Source: Selaginella moellendorffii
Taxonomy: Eukaryota > Plantae > Lycopodiophyta
Reading direction: 5' to 3'
Assembly: GCF_000143415.4 (NCBI RefSeq)
Contig: NW_003314300.1
Span: 1,161,014-1,225,013 of the forward strand
DNA: 64,000 nucleotides
Shown: piece after piece, positions 1-14,610 of the stretch
Layout of the letters: the number at the start of each line of letters is the position of its first letter
Position numbering within the stretch: the first letter of the stretch is position 1
Translations under genes and position numbers: made by a program
The notes under the pieces: model-generated
What the model was told of the DNA's origin: nothing
What the model saw: the letters and a program-made list of their open reading frames with translations, nothing else
Database searches by the model: none

Positions 1-1395
1 CAAAAAACTTCAAGGATTCAAGCACAGCTATAAAAAATATTCATAGTACTGTAATATCTTTTGAACAAACAACAATCACAATAAATTAATTATATGAACT
101 GAAAGATGAAATCTATTTAATGCAATTAATAGTATATTTGTTATGGATAGGATTTTAAACATATGTCACAATAGAAAACCTATGAGATTCTTTTTCTTTT
201 TATAAGATCTGAAAGCCTAAAAGTTTAATAGCTATACTGTAATCTCTTTATTATATTGATATTAATATAGTTTTTAATCAGTATTTTATTAAAATATTTG
301 CACCTCATCTCTAGATTATTGTCTCTTGATCGTTATCTTTTCTACCATAAAGATACTGAAATAGTTTGTTGCTTCTTTCAGGACACTGTATGGGAAGATG
401 GTTGCTCCCTGATGAATGCTGGCTTGCAAGTCTGGATCTGTCCTCGTCCGAAGGAAAAACAGCTTCGAGGTAATAGTTCGATCTTTTACATAACTTTGTC
501 GACGTTTGTTCGTCCAGGATTAATGCATCGGCGCTTGATCAGACTATGATAATTCCCAGTGTGACACCTGTGCCGACACCGAGCACCAGCTTATCCTCTT
601 CCTTCTCCCTCGGGATCCGCGACAGAAGCTACTGTTCTGTTTGATCTATCTTGTCAAGAACAAGAACAAGAAGATCTATATTTCGCAAGGAATCAGGGAT
701 TTTCTAGAATTCGGTGCTGGATCAAGACGTTCATGTGAAATGCTGGCGAAGAACTGGCTGGAATTGAGGCACCGATCAGAAATGCTGGCGGCATCGTATA
801 CCAGGAACCTTAATCCTTGGCTGAAATCTCTAGAGGCTGCGCCTTTCGACTACTCTTGGCTGCTCCGGCGATGTGGCAATGGCAGGGCTCTGGTGGAAGG
901 CACGCTGCTCTATGGACAGCAATGGTGGAGGCATTCACTCATCACGGGCAGTTTGATGAATCCTTCTAGACTTTCAAAGCCATGCTCCAGTTAGGGGGTC
1001 TGAGTAATACATTAATGTTCTTAAATCTTGGTTATATAGTTCTTCTTTATGAGTTTGGTAATATTTTAGGATTATAAATTTTTTTATATCCCAAATAAAA
1101 AAATACTTTACATGGAACATCTAATTAATAAAATTTAGTTTTAGTAATTCTTCTTTTATTGTTTTTTGTCTGGCTAAATTTAATTATTCTTATAACTATA
1201 AAAAAATTATTCTTAGAAATTTTTATTTAAATTTTTCTTGGTTAAGTATTAAGTTTTTTAAAATCTTAGTATTTTAAATATATTTATATTCCCAAGTAAT
1301 ACTGCATATAATATCTTTATCAATAATATTTACTTAGTAATTCTTCTTTTTCACCTTGGGAATATATTAGTGTTCTAAATAGTCTATACTATTTT

Positions 1396-1428
1396 TTGTG
1401 TGTGTGTGTGTGTCTATATATATATATA
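1396..1428. repeat. (TG)n(TA)n microsatellite
   Basis: tgtgtgtgtgtgtgtgtgtctatatatatatata read directly. Confidence 0.9.
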
Positions 1429-3699
1429 GTCAAAGGCTAGAGTGAACATAAATGGATATATATCAAAATGTATAAAATTATTGATTTTTATACTCATCCA
1501 ACATTTGCTAGGCAATATTAGGAGGTTGCAGATGAGGAGGGAAAAACTCTTCTTTTACCACAGCCTCTTTCCTTTGCCCTTGCAGCCAGGTAAATTTTCT
1601 TTATCACAACTCCTCCTCAACACCAAAGTTTTGTTCACTCCAGGTTTCTCTTCTTTATTGGAGCTCCTTAGCCTCAGAGTTTGTGGAAGAAGAGAGCACT
1701 GGGTGCTAGAGATGGATGCCCAGGAGCTTGCATTGCTTGAGCATAGGGTTTGTGGGTGGGCATGTTGAGTTATCGTCCTCTTTAGTGTTGGATATACAAA
1801 GCTTGGCTCATGCATATGCTGTGTGTAGGGTCTTATCCATCCTGTTTTTCGCAAAAAGTTCTCCCTTCTATCTTTAGGGCTGGATTAGCAATGGAGTGCT
1901 ATGGCTGGTGCTTATAGAACTAGAGAGCCTGCTTGGATCTCTCATACACTGCACAAGAATTTTCCACTCATTTTTGTAGGACGCCCCAGCTAGGAATTTT
2001 CGTTCTTGCAGAGGAAATTTAATTTTCAGGTTTTGCGCTGGGTTTCAACATGCGAGAAGCTGGCTCTCACAATGGTAGCCATATGACCATGGCTGGGCAA
2101 GTGCAATTGAAAGTGTTCATTTTACTAGCAGTGGATGACTTTGAACTCTTGATTGTGTGTAAATACCTCTGGGTTTGATGCTGTCCCAGCCATAGTCACT
2201 GCAGGAGAATTGGAGCTGTGCTTCAAGCTGTCACCATATGGATCAATGACCCCACTAATTCACAAATGTTAAAGGAGAAGCCACTTAAGGACATTGAGGA
2301 TCACAATTATATGTCTCTGCTGGTAGCTAAATTTGGGTGTTTTACATGTTGCTTCAAGTATGTGTCCTTTATATGATGCCAATAGCAACACATTCTGAGC
2401 ATGGTGAGGTGCTAGAATTCTAGTTGCTAGATGGCTTCTTTTGAATTTTTTCCCCATAATACTCTTGGCCAATATATTTGTTTTTTTGGCTCAGATTTAA
2501 AGTTTTATGAGAACTTCACCTTGCCAACCCGCCAGCTTTTTTCTGGGAAATTTCTAGTTATAAATATAATGTTATTAGCTATTACCCAGCATATACTGCC
2601 CAATTAACAAACACTGTATTGATTTACATTTAAAACTAAATTGAAATAATATCAAATCAATAAATATTATATTCCACTTAATTGAGGAAGTAACTATAAG
2701 CATGTATTTCCTTAAAGGAAACTATCAAATTCCTTAAAGGAAATTATAAAATCCTACTACAAAGAGTCTCCACTACAAACAGTTGAGCATCAATGCCACT
2801 CAACACATTACATGTGACATGTTATTCTGTCACCCAGGAAATTTACAACCTCCCAAGTGGGAAAAGGAAAATTAAAAATGAAACAAAGAAAAGAGAAGAA
2901 AAAGAGAATAAAGGAAAAATAGAAAAGAAAGATGGAAGAGAGTGGTCTAATAGATGAATGGCAGTGATGGCTGATCTGAATACAGTGATAGTGGAGGGGA
3001 TCTAGTAGCCTGTGAATATGTGAAGTGGTTGGTAGCATGTGTGCTCGTCGTGGGAGAAGAAAAAGCTTGCAATCTTTGCAAGCATCTACTGGGATCACTA
3101 TGTTCTATTGCTATAGGGTGTAGGATTGGGTAAAATGTCCACCTAAAGTAATTTCTAGTCTCCTGTGCACATTAGGTCCAACAGGCTCTCAAAAATTAAC
3201 TGCTAAGTGTCTTAGATTTGCCTATACTTCCTAAATCAAGATAATCATGTCAGATTTTGCTGCTTCTTACTGCATCTACTGCATATAGTTATGATGAATA
3301 GAGTGATGTAATAGGATCCCCAAGATCATATGTGCATAGTAAGAAAAGTGAAGAAATATGGATTGGGCAACTGTAGTGACTAGTAAATAGTGGTGAGTAG
3401 AGGAATGAATAAATTATAACTATGAGTGATGGAGAGTGATATTGATGATAAATGGAGTGAAATCATGTGAAGAAAACTTAAGAATTGTGAGAGGTAAATT
3501 ATGAAATGGATGAGCTCTCAAATGAGAGGAGTTAAGGTGAAGGTCCAGGCTCATGCTTCTCCACTTATGGGATCATGTCTTGGAAGAGAGAAGAAAAGAG
3601 GTGAAAGAAAAGAAAAAGAAAGAAAAACCAAGGGATAGAAAGAATGACAAAAAAGAAGTCACTACAAAAATGTGTCAATGAAACTTTAAACTGCTGTAG

Positions 3700-6031
3700 G
3701 TAATATAGAAGGAAGTGTCTCCAAAGTAATGAATTCAGTTTGAAGTGCTCATAAGAATTTGGTGGTCGAGTGAAGTGTTAGTGGACACAAAAGATGCCAT
3801 GCATGCTATGGCTGATGCTAGCATCTGACATCCCAAGGCTAGAGAGGCTTCTGAAAAGAGCTGGCTTGTGGTGGAGAAAAAGTGCTACTATTGCCACTTT
3901 TGGTTAGTAGATAATTTGCAAGTTTCTAGCTTGTAAGCTTTTGGCCTGTATGCATTTTGTCCATTTGCTATGTCATAGTGTTGTGGATCATGTTGGAGGG
4001 CTAGAGAAGGTGTAGAGAAAAAGTCATGGTTGGAACTAATTTTGAATTGTTGCAAATGTGTTCTCATCATTGCTCACAAGGTCATATGGTAAAGTACATA
4101 TGCCTTGAAGACTTCTATGTAAAGGCATAATTAGTACAATATCACAAACTTTTTGGTGGATATCAACTCCAAGGGAGGAAGAGAAATCATGCTCCATGGT
4201 TGCAAACTACCTTAACAAAGTGAATGTGGGTAATGCTAGGTCAGTCTCAAGTGAAGTGGCCTCATCTGATGGTCAAAGCTGCATCTCTACCCCTTGTGCT
4301 CCACAAGCTCAAGATTCACTACTTCTACTTGAAAACTCATATGGATATCACCTCTGTTGATAGAGTTGTGTGGAATCTCTGAGCTGGGAAAAATTAGATT
4401 TGGCACCTCTAGTTGTATGAGAAAGTGTTGTAGAGTGTCCTCTTGTGTCCTTGCAAGGATCTGTCTCAAGAAAGTTGCTCTCTAAAGGCACCACGAAAAT
4501 TGTGTTCTCTTCCAAGTTGGGCATTTTTGGAATCTTGAGGATCTTTTACCTCCTTCAGCCCAAATGATGTAGAGTGGGTGGTGGAGAAGTTAAGGGACAA
4601 AGTTGTTTAATACATATGCAAAAAATCAATCATGTTGCATCGCAAAGATTGAGACTCCATCATCATATTAGCAATTGACAAAGAAGCAATATATTGTTGT
4701 GGAGAGGAGCTTAGTGGTGGTATCTTGGGATGCCAAGGCTTTTCCTTTAGAATTGAGAATTATAACCTGGCTATCACTTCTCCCAATTTGTAGTTGCCCA
4801 TGCTTGAAGTTGAAGATGCAAAGCCTTGCATCTAACCATGGCCATCCCAAGATGACAAACTTCTTCTATGAGAAGGCTCTTAAAGCAATATAGTCAATGA
4901 CAAGGAAGTTGGCTGTGGACTCATGACCATAGATAAGAATGCAAACACTTTGGCAAATTCTTGTGGGTGCTATATTGTGATCCACAAAGGTTTTCACCAT
5001 GACTTTGGAATACTCCTAGATCTGGAAGCTTGTTTGTTGAGCAAGAGTGGAGGAGAGAATGTTTATGGTTGAGCTAAAGTCAGTAAGAGCCTCCGTATCA
5101 ATGCCCATAATAGTTTTTGGAACTATTCCATTAAGAGCTCATATTGAGATCTCAAGCTGTTGAAGCAAAACTGAAAAAGAGCACCAAGTGTTGTCATGAT
5201 TGGAGTTGTCATGACCTGGTCAATAAGATTGCTTGAGTGACCACTTGACATCAAAGGAAACCCTCTTGGATGTGTGCTGGTGAAATTTGGCACACATGTA
5301 GAAGCTAGAACCTGAGATATCGGTAAGGACATTGGCACTGCTGCAAATGCCATCGGGAAGGGCAACTTGGAAACAGTGAGAATTGGAGGGGAAATGATTG
5401 TTGGAGCTGGTGCTAGTGTGGCGTCCAACTCATCTACTATTGTTTGTGCCTTCCACTAAGCTTGGGTAACCAACTTTACTGTCAGCTCTTCTGCCATGTG
5501 CACTAAGAATTTGCCATGATAATTTGTTGGTGGTGCTTTAGTGGCATGCTGATGGAGTGTCTCATAGTACTCTGTGGAGGCATCTAAGGCCATATTTTTT
5601 GTAAATGGTTGGTGCTTGACTCTCTACTCATGAGGTGTTTGTCTCTGTGGATGCAGCTCCAAGTGTAGTTGCCAACAATGAACTGTGCTATATGACTAGA
5701 CCTTACACTCCTCATACCAACGAAGCTGTCACATGAGGGTGGTCTTGTACAGCTATCTTCAATGCTTAGATCTCCTTTATGAGTTTTCTTTGCTACTCCT
5801 GCTACTGCTAAAGGATCACCTTGTATTCGATGAACTTGGCCAAGGTAGACTTGACTATAGCAGGCATCTTCTCAGTGACTTGCTGAGGTGCCATGAATTG
5901 AGTAGAGGCATAGGGACGAGCTGATAGGGGTCCTTGGATGAGCTTCTCAATGAATGAGACACCAAGTTTATGGAACATCTCTAACTCAAGCATTGTGACA
6001 TATGTGTAGAAATTGTGACATCACTAGTGGT
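3700..6031 (-). mobile_element. Degenerate Ty3/gypsy-like LTR retrotransposon internal region (gag/protease/RT remnants)
   Basis: Minus-strand fragments GIDTEALTDFSSTINILS (decayed retropepsin), VILGWPWL and ISLPPLGVDIH; many stops; CpG-depleted. Boundaries approximate. Confidence 0.6.
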
Positions 6032-6131
6032 NNNNNNNNNNNNNNNNNNNNNNNNNNNNNNNNNNNNNNNNNNNNNNNNNNNNNNNNNNNNNNNNNNNNN
6101 NNNNNNNNNNNNNNNNNNNNNNNNNNNNNNN
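6032..6131. other. Assembly gap (100 N)
   Basis: Run of N. Confidence 1.
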
Positions 6132-9100
6132 TGAAAGTGGCTCGATATCACCTAAGAAGCTAGGTCATCCTCTTCATGCAAAAGATTTGCAAAAATCAAG
6201 TGCAAGATGGGAGAAAATATCTCAGAAACAAAGATCATACTCAAATAAGGATATGCACTAAATTGGATGATTTAACACAAAAATTCAAGATCACAAAGGA
6301 ATTTACAATCCTAATATAAGAAATTATGAGAAAGGTAAAAACTTTATGTGTTAGAGAGGCATGCAACTTCGTTCATCATACAACACTAGAAAAAATGACT
6401 TGGATCTAGCTTAAAACTCCATTAAAGTTATGACTCAAAAGAAATAGCAAAACATGGGGTGCATGATGCAATAAACAACAGTGAAAATAAATTTTAGACA
6501 CTTGAGAATTAATGCTCAAAGATTGCTATGGCATGGGGAAAGAAAGAATTAAAGTGTGATTGGCAAGAAACAATGGAAATGCACAAATCTAGATGATGGG
6601 TAGCTCTGTCCATGTTTTAGGACCACTCAGACGTAAGATCTTACAAAGATGCATAAAATGGAGAGAGTTCTCACCATGCAAAGCTTCCACACTTGTTAGA
6701 AAGAGGAGCCTAAATTCTACACACTCAAAGAAAGTGTTCCAAAGCTAACTTTAGCTCCCTTGGGAAATTGGATGGTGGATGCTCCCAATCCAAGTGGGGG
6801 TGGCATTACCCATTTAGGATACCTTGTGTGGCTCATCAAAACCTAACTTTAGCCACATAGCTGGAACACCCTAGTGGTAGAAGGTGGTGGGAGTATTTAT
6901 AAAGCTCACATTGAATCACAGTGTTTCAAAATGTCATCCCAAAATCCTAAACCATGGAAAAAAAGAGGAGTGGTCCTCTTGATGACTAAGGGTATAGTTA
7001 TGTGGTGAAGAAGTCTCAAAGGCTAGTGGGGCTTAATAGATAGGCTTTTGGACCCTATACTAGTGGTGGTGATAGCAAGTATTATCATAAATGAAAAGGG
7101 ATTTGGTGGGGACTGAAGGAGGGATATCAAAGGATGGTGTTTGTCATGTTTTAGGGCATCCTAAGGCTGCTAAAGTGTGGTTATAAAATGACCACTTATG
7201 GATGGATGGCCCAATCTCGAATAGATGGGACCATGTTGCAAATGGTCTAGGATTACTAATGAGACAAGGGGGAATGAATATAGCATTAATATAATATACT
7301 GAAATGTTAATGGTATCTTTGGGTGTCAGAAGTGAAATTAGACACATGGAGCACTTGGACTAAGTGCGAAGCTAATATGGTATTGAGATTGCATTTAGGG
7401 GTAAACAAGTACTCCAAGATGGATGAGGACCTACAAAAGTTGTGAGTGAAACTCCTCCAAGAAGTCAAAGGCATAATTAAGTGATTAAAGTAGAATGGAA
7501 AATTTAATCATTTACACTACCCACTATCCCTACTATATATTTGGAACCCCTCCCACAAACACAGTAAGCTATCATCTAGCAATATTAAGAGATTAGTCTC
7601 AATACAAGGATTTTTAACAAGCTAATACAAAACATAGAAATTCATTCCTTATATGCATCCAATGAAATATAGATATTAAGTTTAGTTTAGTAACACTTGA
7701 ACAAGAGGGATTGAAAAGGGAACAAGCAATATTGATCTCCTACCATCATGACAATAAAAGAAGAATATATTAAAGGACTCTTTAACATATAACTTTTGAT
7801 ATCCACAATCATATTTACAACACCCTTGGGCCACGAAAGTGCCTGAGATTGAGCTTATGTGGCCACCTTAGGCACTTTTGCAGCCCAAAGGGCTAAAGTT
7901 ATTTAACTAACCTTGGCTCTCTAGGCTGCAAAAGTGTATAGAAATCTTTATATTCATCCAACCAAGTACAGATGCTAAATCTAATTTAGTAACACTAACA
8001 AAATATTTGTGAATGTATCATCCAATGGAAATAACATTTTAATCTAACAGAATGAACTTTAGTAACAATCAGCAGAACAAAATGAATATCACAAATGCCA
8101 ATAAACACTTGTTAATGCCAATTATCACACTAGGCAATTAGAATAAATCATAATCAACAATACTAAAGAACTAGAGTTGCTAAAACAAGAGTTAATGACA
8201 TCCTATTGATATCATAAACCCAAAAGACCAATTCAAAATAAACTATAAAAAATATATGGTAATGCATAAAACCAAAAGCTACCAAGATAACAATTAACCA
8301 TCACAAAATATTATTAATCATCCCATAATTAAATATGCACAATCACTATTCGAAGAAGAATCTACAAATTCAAAAAATGACAAACTAACCATCACTAATA
8401 GTAATCAAGTAAGATGTTTAATAAGGATGATCAACTATCCTAAATAACATCAATGATTGCCAAATGCAAACACTAAGGTTTTGGCTCATTGGTTCCAATG
8501 TTCAAGTTTACCCTAACAACTCCTAACAAATGAAATATTAACTATGATAACTTAAATAACTAAAAACTCAAAAAAGTCTTATAACCAAATCACATATAAC
8601 AATGATCACACATCTTGCATCAACCAACATCAATGCCAAAGAAGAATTCATGGTAAAATCACAACATCCTTCTATAAGCCTAAGTTTATAATGCAAAAGT
8701 TAATAAAGAGTATATTTGCATCAATTCAAAAGTTAAACATAACAAAATTATGCTCAACAAATGATCTCTAAATAATTCATCAATTCATAACAAGATATAA
8801 CTTACTTTATAACACATTGTTTATAATCACATGGATATGATATAAGTATCATAATGATTAATCATCAATTGAGTAATACCACAAGTAATACCTATACCAC
8901 TATTATAAAGATTTATGTGAATATTAAATGTCAACTTGATTTGAAAAAATACAACATAAATACCACTCCTTTTATAGAAGTTACAACATCTAACACCACT
9001 AAATTTTTTCACAATATAGACAAGCTTATATCACTCTCTTAATGACCAAATTCAAAAATAATCCAACACCAAACTACTCAAGGAATAATAATAAGGTTTC

Positions 9101-9405
9101 CCAAGAGCCTTATAACTTAGATTTTTTATTAGCAAGCCTAAGCACAATGATTTAGCACTTTATTGTTATCCATCCCATATCACCACTTGTAAGTCCATCA
9201 TACCCAACATGCATTGATAGAGACCACTTGATTGTATGATTTGAATAAGAGTAATAGGATTACACTTTGTTGCAAATCATCTCTTGAAGACAAAAAAATG
9301 ATTTACATGTTTGATCTTTTGTCTTTGATGACTTTCTTTTTGGACTTAACTTGACTAAACCTCAACCTTGCATTTACAAGAGTTTGGACATAACTCTCCT
9401 AAAAG

Positions 9406-9530
9406 CCTTGCTCTCTTGACACCCTACTTAGGATATGCCATATGTCAATTAACATATGGTGCAATTCCCTTGCTCTCTTGACACCCTACTTAGGATATGC
9501 CATATGTCAATTAACATATGGTGCAATTCC
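9406..9530. repeat. Perfect 62-bp tandem duplication
   Basis: ccttgctctcttgacaccctacttaggatatgccatatgtcaattaacatatggtgcaattc occurs twice, starting at 9406 and 9468. Confidence 0.95.
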
Positions 9531-9597
9531 TCTAAACCAACCAATAGAGTCATGCAATTCCTTTAAGCCAATCAATAGAGTTGGACCCGAGATCCAT

Positions 9598-9835
9598 GCT
9601 GATACCAAATGTAAACTTTTAAGTTTGAATTTCTCGGGAGGTCACCCAGCCCAGTACTACTCAAACCCAAGGACATTTAACCCCAAATATCCCAAGACTT
9701 TTAACTGATTGGAAAAGAGGGTGCACTCTTATTCATAAGCCATTTCTTTATATATTTGAACCCTTATGGATTGTCTCTCGAGTCGTTCCTTTTGGTTGCT
9801 TACATCCATCTTATGAGCCCAAGCAAAAGCTCACA
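9598..9835 (-). mobile_element. LTR (9610-9835) containing a 5S-rRNA-derived segment, followed by Met-tRNAi primer-binding site (Cassandra-like element, truncated)
   Basis: Minus strand reads TGTGAG...TATATAA...GGTTAAATGTCCTTGGGTTTGAGTAGTACTGGGCTGGGTGACCTCCCGAGAA (5S A-box/IE/C-box region)...TTTACA-TT-TGGTATCAGC. Confidence 0.75.
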
Positions 9836-12232
9836 ATATAATACAAAAAGGTGACAAAATCCATTTTTAAAAGACATATGCGAAGTTATAACAACCAAAT
9901 ATGTACTCATTCAAATCATCATTTTCATCTCTACATATGCAATAATACTAATTGCCCTCACTAAAATGTTATCCTTTGATATATAGCTAGCATCTGTCTG
10001 GAGCTGGCCATGAAAATGCCTGAGGTGGCCACCTCTTTTGTCTTGTTTGCTTGAAATTTGAATTTTTTATTTTCTATGTTTAGTTTGACTAACTAAAATT
10101 CCTTACTTGGAAAAAAGGAAAATAATACCATTTAAAAAAGATATCAGAACCAAGAGGGCACGAGAAGTTGAATTTGGCATTTATGAAAACTTTATATTTG
10201 ACATGTCCATCGACACATTAATGAAGATGTTGTTGTTTAAAGATCACACTACCACATTACTCTAGCCATCTCCTACACACTCAGATGCATCAGCTTTATT
10301 TACTCTATCACTAGTTCAAGACTCACAATTGCGGATACTAGATAGAATCCAACTTCAATCATGCTAATAGATCAAAACATTGTGCTATTGATACATGATC
10401 AAGATCTTCCACTACTATCACCGCCACCACCACCACTATCACCACCACCCCTACCACCACCTTTGCCATTACTACAACCATTGGTGCCACCTCCACCTTT
10501 ACTCTTCATTAGCCCACCACTAGCATAAATCCCTAAAGTTGGGTAATCTAGCAATGTTTGTGATAAAGAACCTGGCAAACACCCTAGAGCCAAAAGAATT
10601 GCAGACCTTCTTAATAATATGGTGGACAAGCACTTCCAAAAAATTGTTATGTAGACAAGTGAAAAAAAAATTCACCAAACGCTTGAGGCACTCAAGTGCC
10701 AAGCCCTAATGACTTGATTGGAAATCCCCCTTTGCCATTTACAAGAAATAAATCTTGTGTGCATAACATCCAAGTATGTAACTTAGACATATACAACTTG
10801 TTCAAACGGAATGGTATTGATATGTTTTTAGTCTCTTTCTACAAGCCAGGAACAATGGAGATCGTTACTGTCACACTTGAGATCATAAACAGTTAGGATC
10901 CTATTTGAAAGAGGAAATCTTTTGAATTCGATAACATGCTTATTAGCCATTATAAGACTTAACAACTTGTGGGGACAATGTTCTAAATTTATGACAATAA
11001 TCATCAATATAAACCTTCAATAAAGTGTATTAACAGTTATTTTTTGTAGTGATCCCATCTACCATATCAACATTACAGTTAACCATGTATATGGAAGGGG
11101 ACACCTAAATATCAATATGCTTATCTTAACTTGTCAAAAGATCATTTAAAATTTCACCTTTATTTCCACTTTAACTTGCTTTGCTATATTTGAATGCAAG
11201 CTTAGGCAATTTGCTGTAAAAAAAAACCTTATCCATAATATTGAGCAACTCCATTTTATGGCAGACTTAAGTGAGGATGGTATTTGAAAATATTATAATA
11301 ATGATTTCAAACACTTGTTTGGCACTTGCACACTTAAAATGACAGTACAACATGGTTTAATAACCCAATTAGTTTTATGTTTGTGGTGTGGTGCAAAATA
11401 TATCTTTCCTTTCACTTTATAAAGGCCTCTTTTATTATTTTGGTTTTTAGTCTTTAGTGAAGGTTAAGTAAGATGCTTATAAACTTGTGCATTTGGAGAA
11501 CTCATAGCTAAGCTTGTACAAATTGACCAAATTCAACATGTAAAGTCTTTAAAGTTAAAAAAATTAATATGCATTATAGACAAGCCAAAGGAGTGGCTAA
11601 AGATTATAGTTGAAATTCCTACTCATGAATATAAGTTTCTTATCACATGTTTCAATTACACATATATTACTTTTGCAGTGAACAAAACTCCAGATGACAC
11701 AATTTACAATATTGCAAAATTCAAAGCTTCCATACAAGCAATAAATAGAAACTCTAGAGTCCCTCGATATCTATTTGATAAATAGTTATCTACATCATGC
11801 AAACCATATGCAAAGGTGAAAAGTTCTTGGCACTACACATTTGTGATAATTCATATGGCACATTCACGTCCTTTAATAACAAGCTTTGGAAAGAAAACTC
11901 AAGTTATGCTGAGAATCATGATCAAAAAGCTATCTTATCCATTGTTACACCTCAATGGCATCCTTTGGAAGACAACAAGTAGTAACCATGCTCCACCATA
12001 GCTGAAATTAGAGCATGCAACCACTAGAGATATCCTATTGAAGGCATCCCATGGATGACAAGTTTCCAACTCTAGAAAACATCTCAAACAAAGCTGTTCC
12101 TACTACCACATTGGTGTCAAAGCAACACTCACATACCAAGTCGTGAACCACTTTAGCTCGATCAAGCATCAACCCAGAATGATTTTGTCAGTGTTAGTTT
12201 TCTAGTGAAACGAAATACTCTATTTCCCCTAA

Positions 12233-13500
12233 CTAACCACGTAAATATATGTGTCTGCTCATTTTATCCACATAAATCTTTTGCCAATGTTGTTGAAACT
12301 TGTCTTTGCTCAAGCTCCTGTCATAATGTCTACTGTCATCTGCTTCATCAAAACATATCCCAGCTGCACTCTGTTCGCTAGAACCTACCTTTATCTCAAA
12401 GCGTTTGGTGTGGCTGTGGAACTTCGGATTCTTCGACAACTTGATCACACTTCAATTGTCACAAAAAAAAGTCACTGACTGCTACACTAGAACGCCAATC
12501 TGCTCCAGAAAATCTGTAAACCACCTCACTTCTTGAGCTGCTGTTGTTGCACCAATATATACAGCCTCAGTGGATGAAAGTGCTGTGATTGCTTGTCACT
12601 TGCTGCTCCAGCTGACAAGTCCACCATCCAGAATGAAAAGATATCCTGAAGTTGATCTTCTTGTATCTTTGTCACCAGCCCAATCTGAGTCTGTAAAGCC
12701 AACAAGTTGTATACTTATGGAGCTCCCATTGCTGCTAGACATGCTGCTGCTGCTTCTGTAGCTCAATTGATGTGTTGCTGTACCTCACAAATACCTGAAA
12801 ATTCGTTTAACAACACTCCAATGAACTTCTCTTGGATTCTCAAGAAATCTTGAGACTGCTCCAACTACAAATCCCATGTCTGGTCTGGTACTGATGGCTA
12901 GATAAATAAGGCATCCAACTGCTTGTCAATACGGAACTCTCGCCATTACTGGTTTCTCCTCCTCGGAGTTGGGACTTTGCTCAATAGACAATAGAACACC
13001 TGGATCCATGGGTTTGCAATCTTGCATGTGGAACTTATGCAAGATTTCTTCAACATAATGTGCTTGAGAGAGCTTGATGACTGCTGCTTCTCTGTCCTGA
13101 AGCACCTGGATCCCAAGGCAATAAGAAAGACGTCCAGTTGCTGAAATCTTGAATTGGGATAAAACCTGTCATGCAAATAGCTGATGATTGTTGGCACAAT
13201 ATTATTGTCAACATATAGAACTACAATAGAAAACACATCTCTAGAGCTAAAAATATACATATTGCATCTTCTTATAAAGCCAATGGACCTGAGAAATATA
13301 GACTTCCTCCTTAAGCTTGCCATATAAAAATGCTGTCTTGATATCAAGCTGACGGACTTCTAGATCCCAATATGCTCCAAGACAGAGAATAATTCTTATA
13401 AAAGGCATTTTAGCCACCGGCAAAAAAGTCTCAGAAAAATTCACACCAGGTACTTGACTTAATCCTCTTGCTACAAAGTGAGCTCGTCACCACTCCACTG
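12233..13500 (-). mobile_element. Degenerate Ty1/copia reverse transcriptase-RNase H
   Basis: GVNFSETFLPVAK, VRQLDIKTAFLYGKLKEEVY, VLYVDN (YVDD), GFTDSDWAGDKDTRRSTSGY, ALSSTEAVY, KNPKFHSHTK; frameshifts and stops. Confidence 0.92.
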
Positions 13501-13852
13501 GCATCCAATTTGTGCTTGAATATCCACCTGGAATTGATGATTTTCCTGCCTGGTGGGAGAGAAACAAGCTCCTAAACGTTGTTATGTATCAAAGAGTTGT
13601 ATTCCTTGTTTTGCTTCTAGTGATTGGAGAGCTGCACAAACTGTGCATGGTTCAGGAGGAAGCTGCTCCATCACTAATAGCCAGAGTCTTGAGCATCATG
13701 AGCTACTTGCGATAAATAGCTAACTCTCCCACTGTGTGTGACAGTCCTTGCCGGGAATAAGTGGATCAGCTTTTTGCTGAGATCTTGTAGCCACGGGAGT
13801 ACTAGGCTCTGCTTGTGGCTGCCTTGGTGGAGACTCCTCCTCCTCTGGTTTA

Positions 13853-14610
13853 TCAAACAAACCTGAAAAATGAAGCCGTCATCAAATGGCATAGTTGTTT
13901 GATCTTTTTATCAGCTACAACTTTATGGCCATTTGAGATTAAATGAGTTGCCAGGAACAAATGTAAAACTTTGCCACAAGTTTCACATTCCAAACAAAAA
14001 TTCTTGTCTGTGAATCCTTGGATTGAAGTAGCATAATGCAAAAATTTGACACCACTTTCTTCCTCAAATGGATTTATAATTTTTAAGATCTCTGCCTCTA
14101 CCATTTCTTTCATATCTTGCTTTTGAAGCACTAGCTGCTGAAGTTCTTCCACAGGAATTAGATCATTTTCTTCTTGATATGACTTCTCCTCTTTAGCCAA
14201 TCTTTTCTTATAGTTCTCATCATGTTGCCTACCAAGAACTACGAAATTCTAGCAAGTGTCACTTAGTCATTTCCTCTATGCAATACCATATTCGTGAGGA
14301 ATTGCACTTTATTGTCTTTGTTAAATGAAATCAGCTCACACTTGTCTTTTTGCCCTAGCTTTTTGATCTTCACCAAAGCTTTCCTATAAGATCTTGTCCA
14401 AGCATTAAACTGATCCTTGGTGGCCAATTTAGGTATAAACAAGCTGGTGTGGCCCAAGAAATGCCCATTGTCTCCCTTCCAATCCAGGGATCTCATCCCT
14501 CTCAATCAGCTGCCTCACAAACTCAAATAAACATTGCTCTAGCACCCTAATAAAGCGAAGCAACTCACCACTATCTTTAGCAATCAGCACATCACACTCA
14601 GCCATAGCTC
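13853..14610 (-). pseudogene. Decayed gene fragment with U1/matrin-type C2H2 zinc-finger-like motif
   Basis: CLECETCGKVLHLFLATHLISNGHK in ORF 13853-14200; flanking frames interrupted. Confidence 0.35.

Noticed and set aside
298-994. ORFs in a GC-normal island between AT-rich tracts
   Set aside because: Non-ATG starts and no recognisable domain; may be a captured fragment but unsupported.
9631-9682. Functional 5S rRNA gene
   Set aside because: Only ~52 nt of the ~120-nt gene, mutated and embedded in an LTR.
10399-12001. Gly-rich and other short ORFs
   Set aside because: Decayed AT-rich TE-like DNA; no diagnostic transposase motif identifiable.
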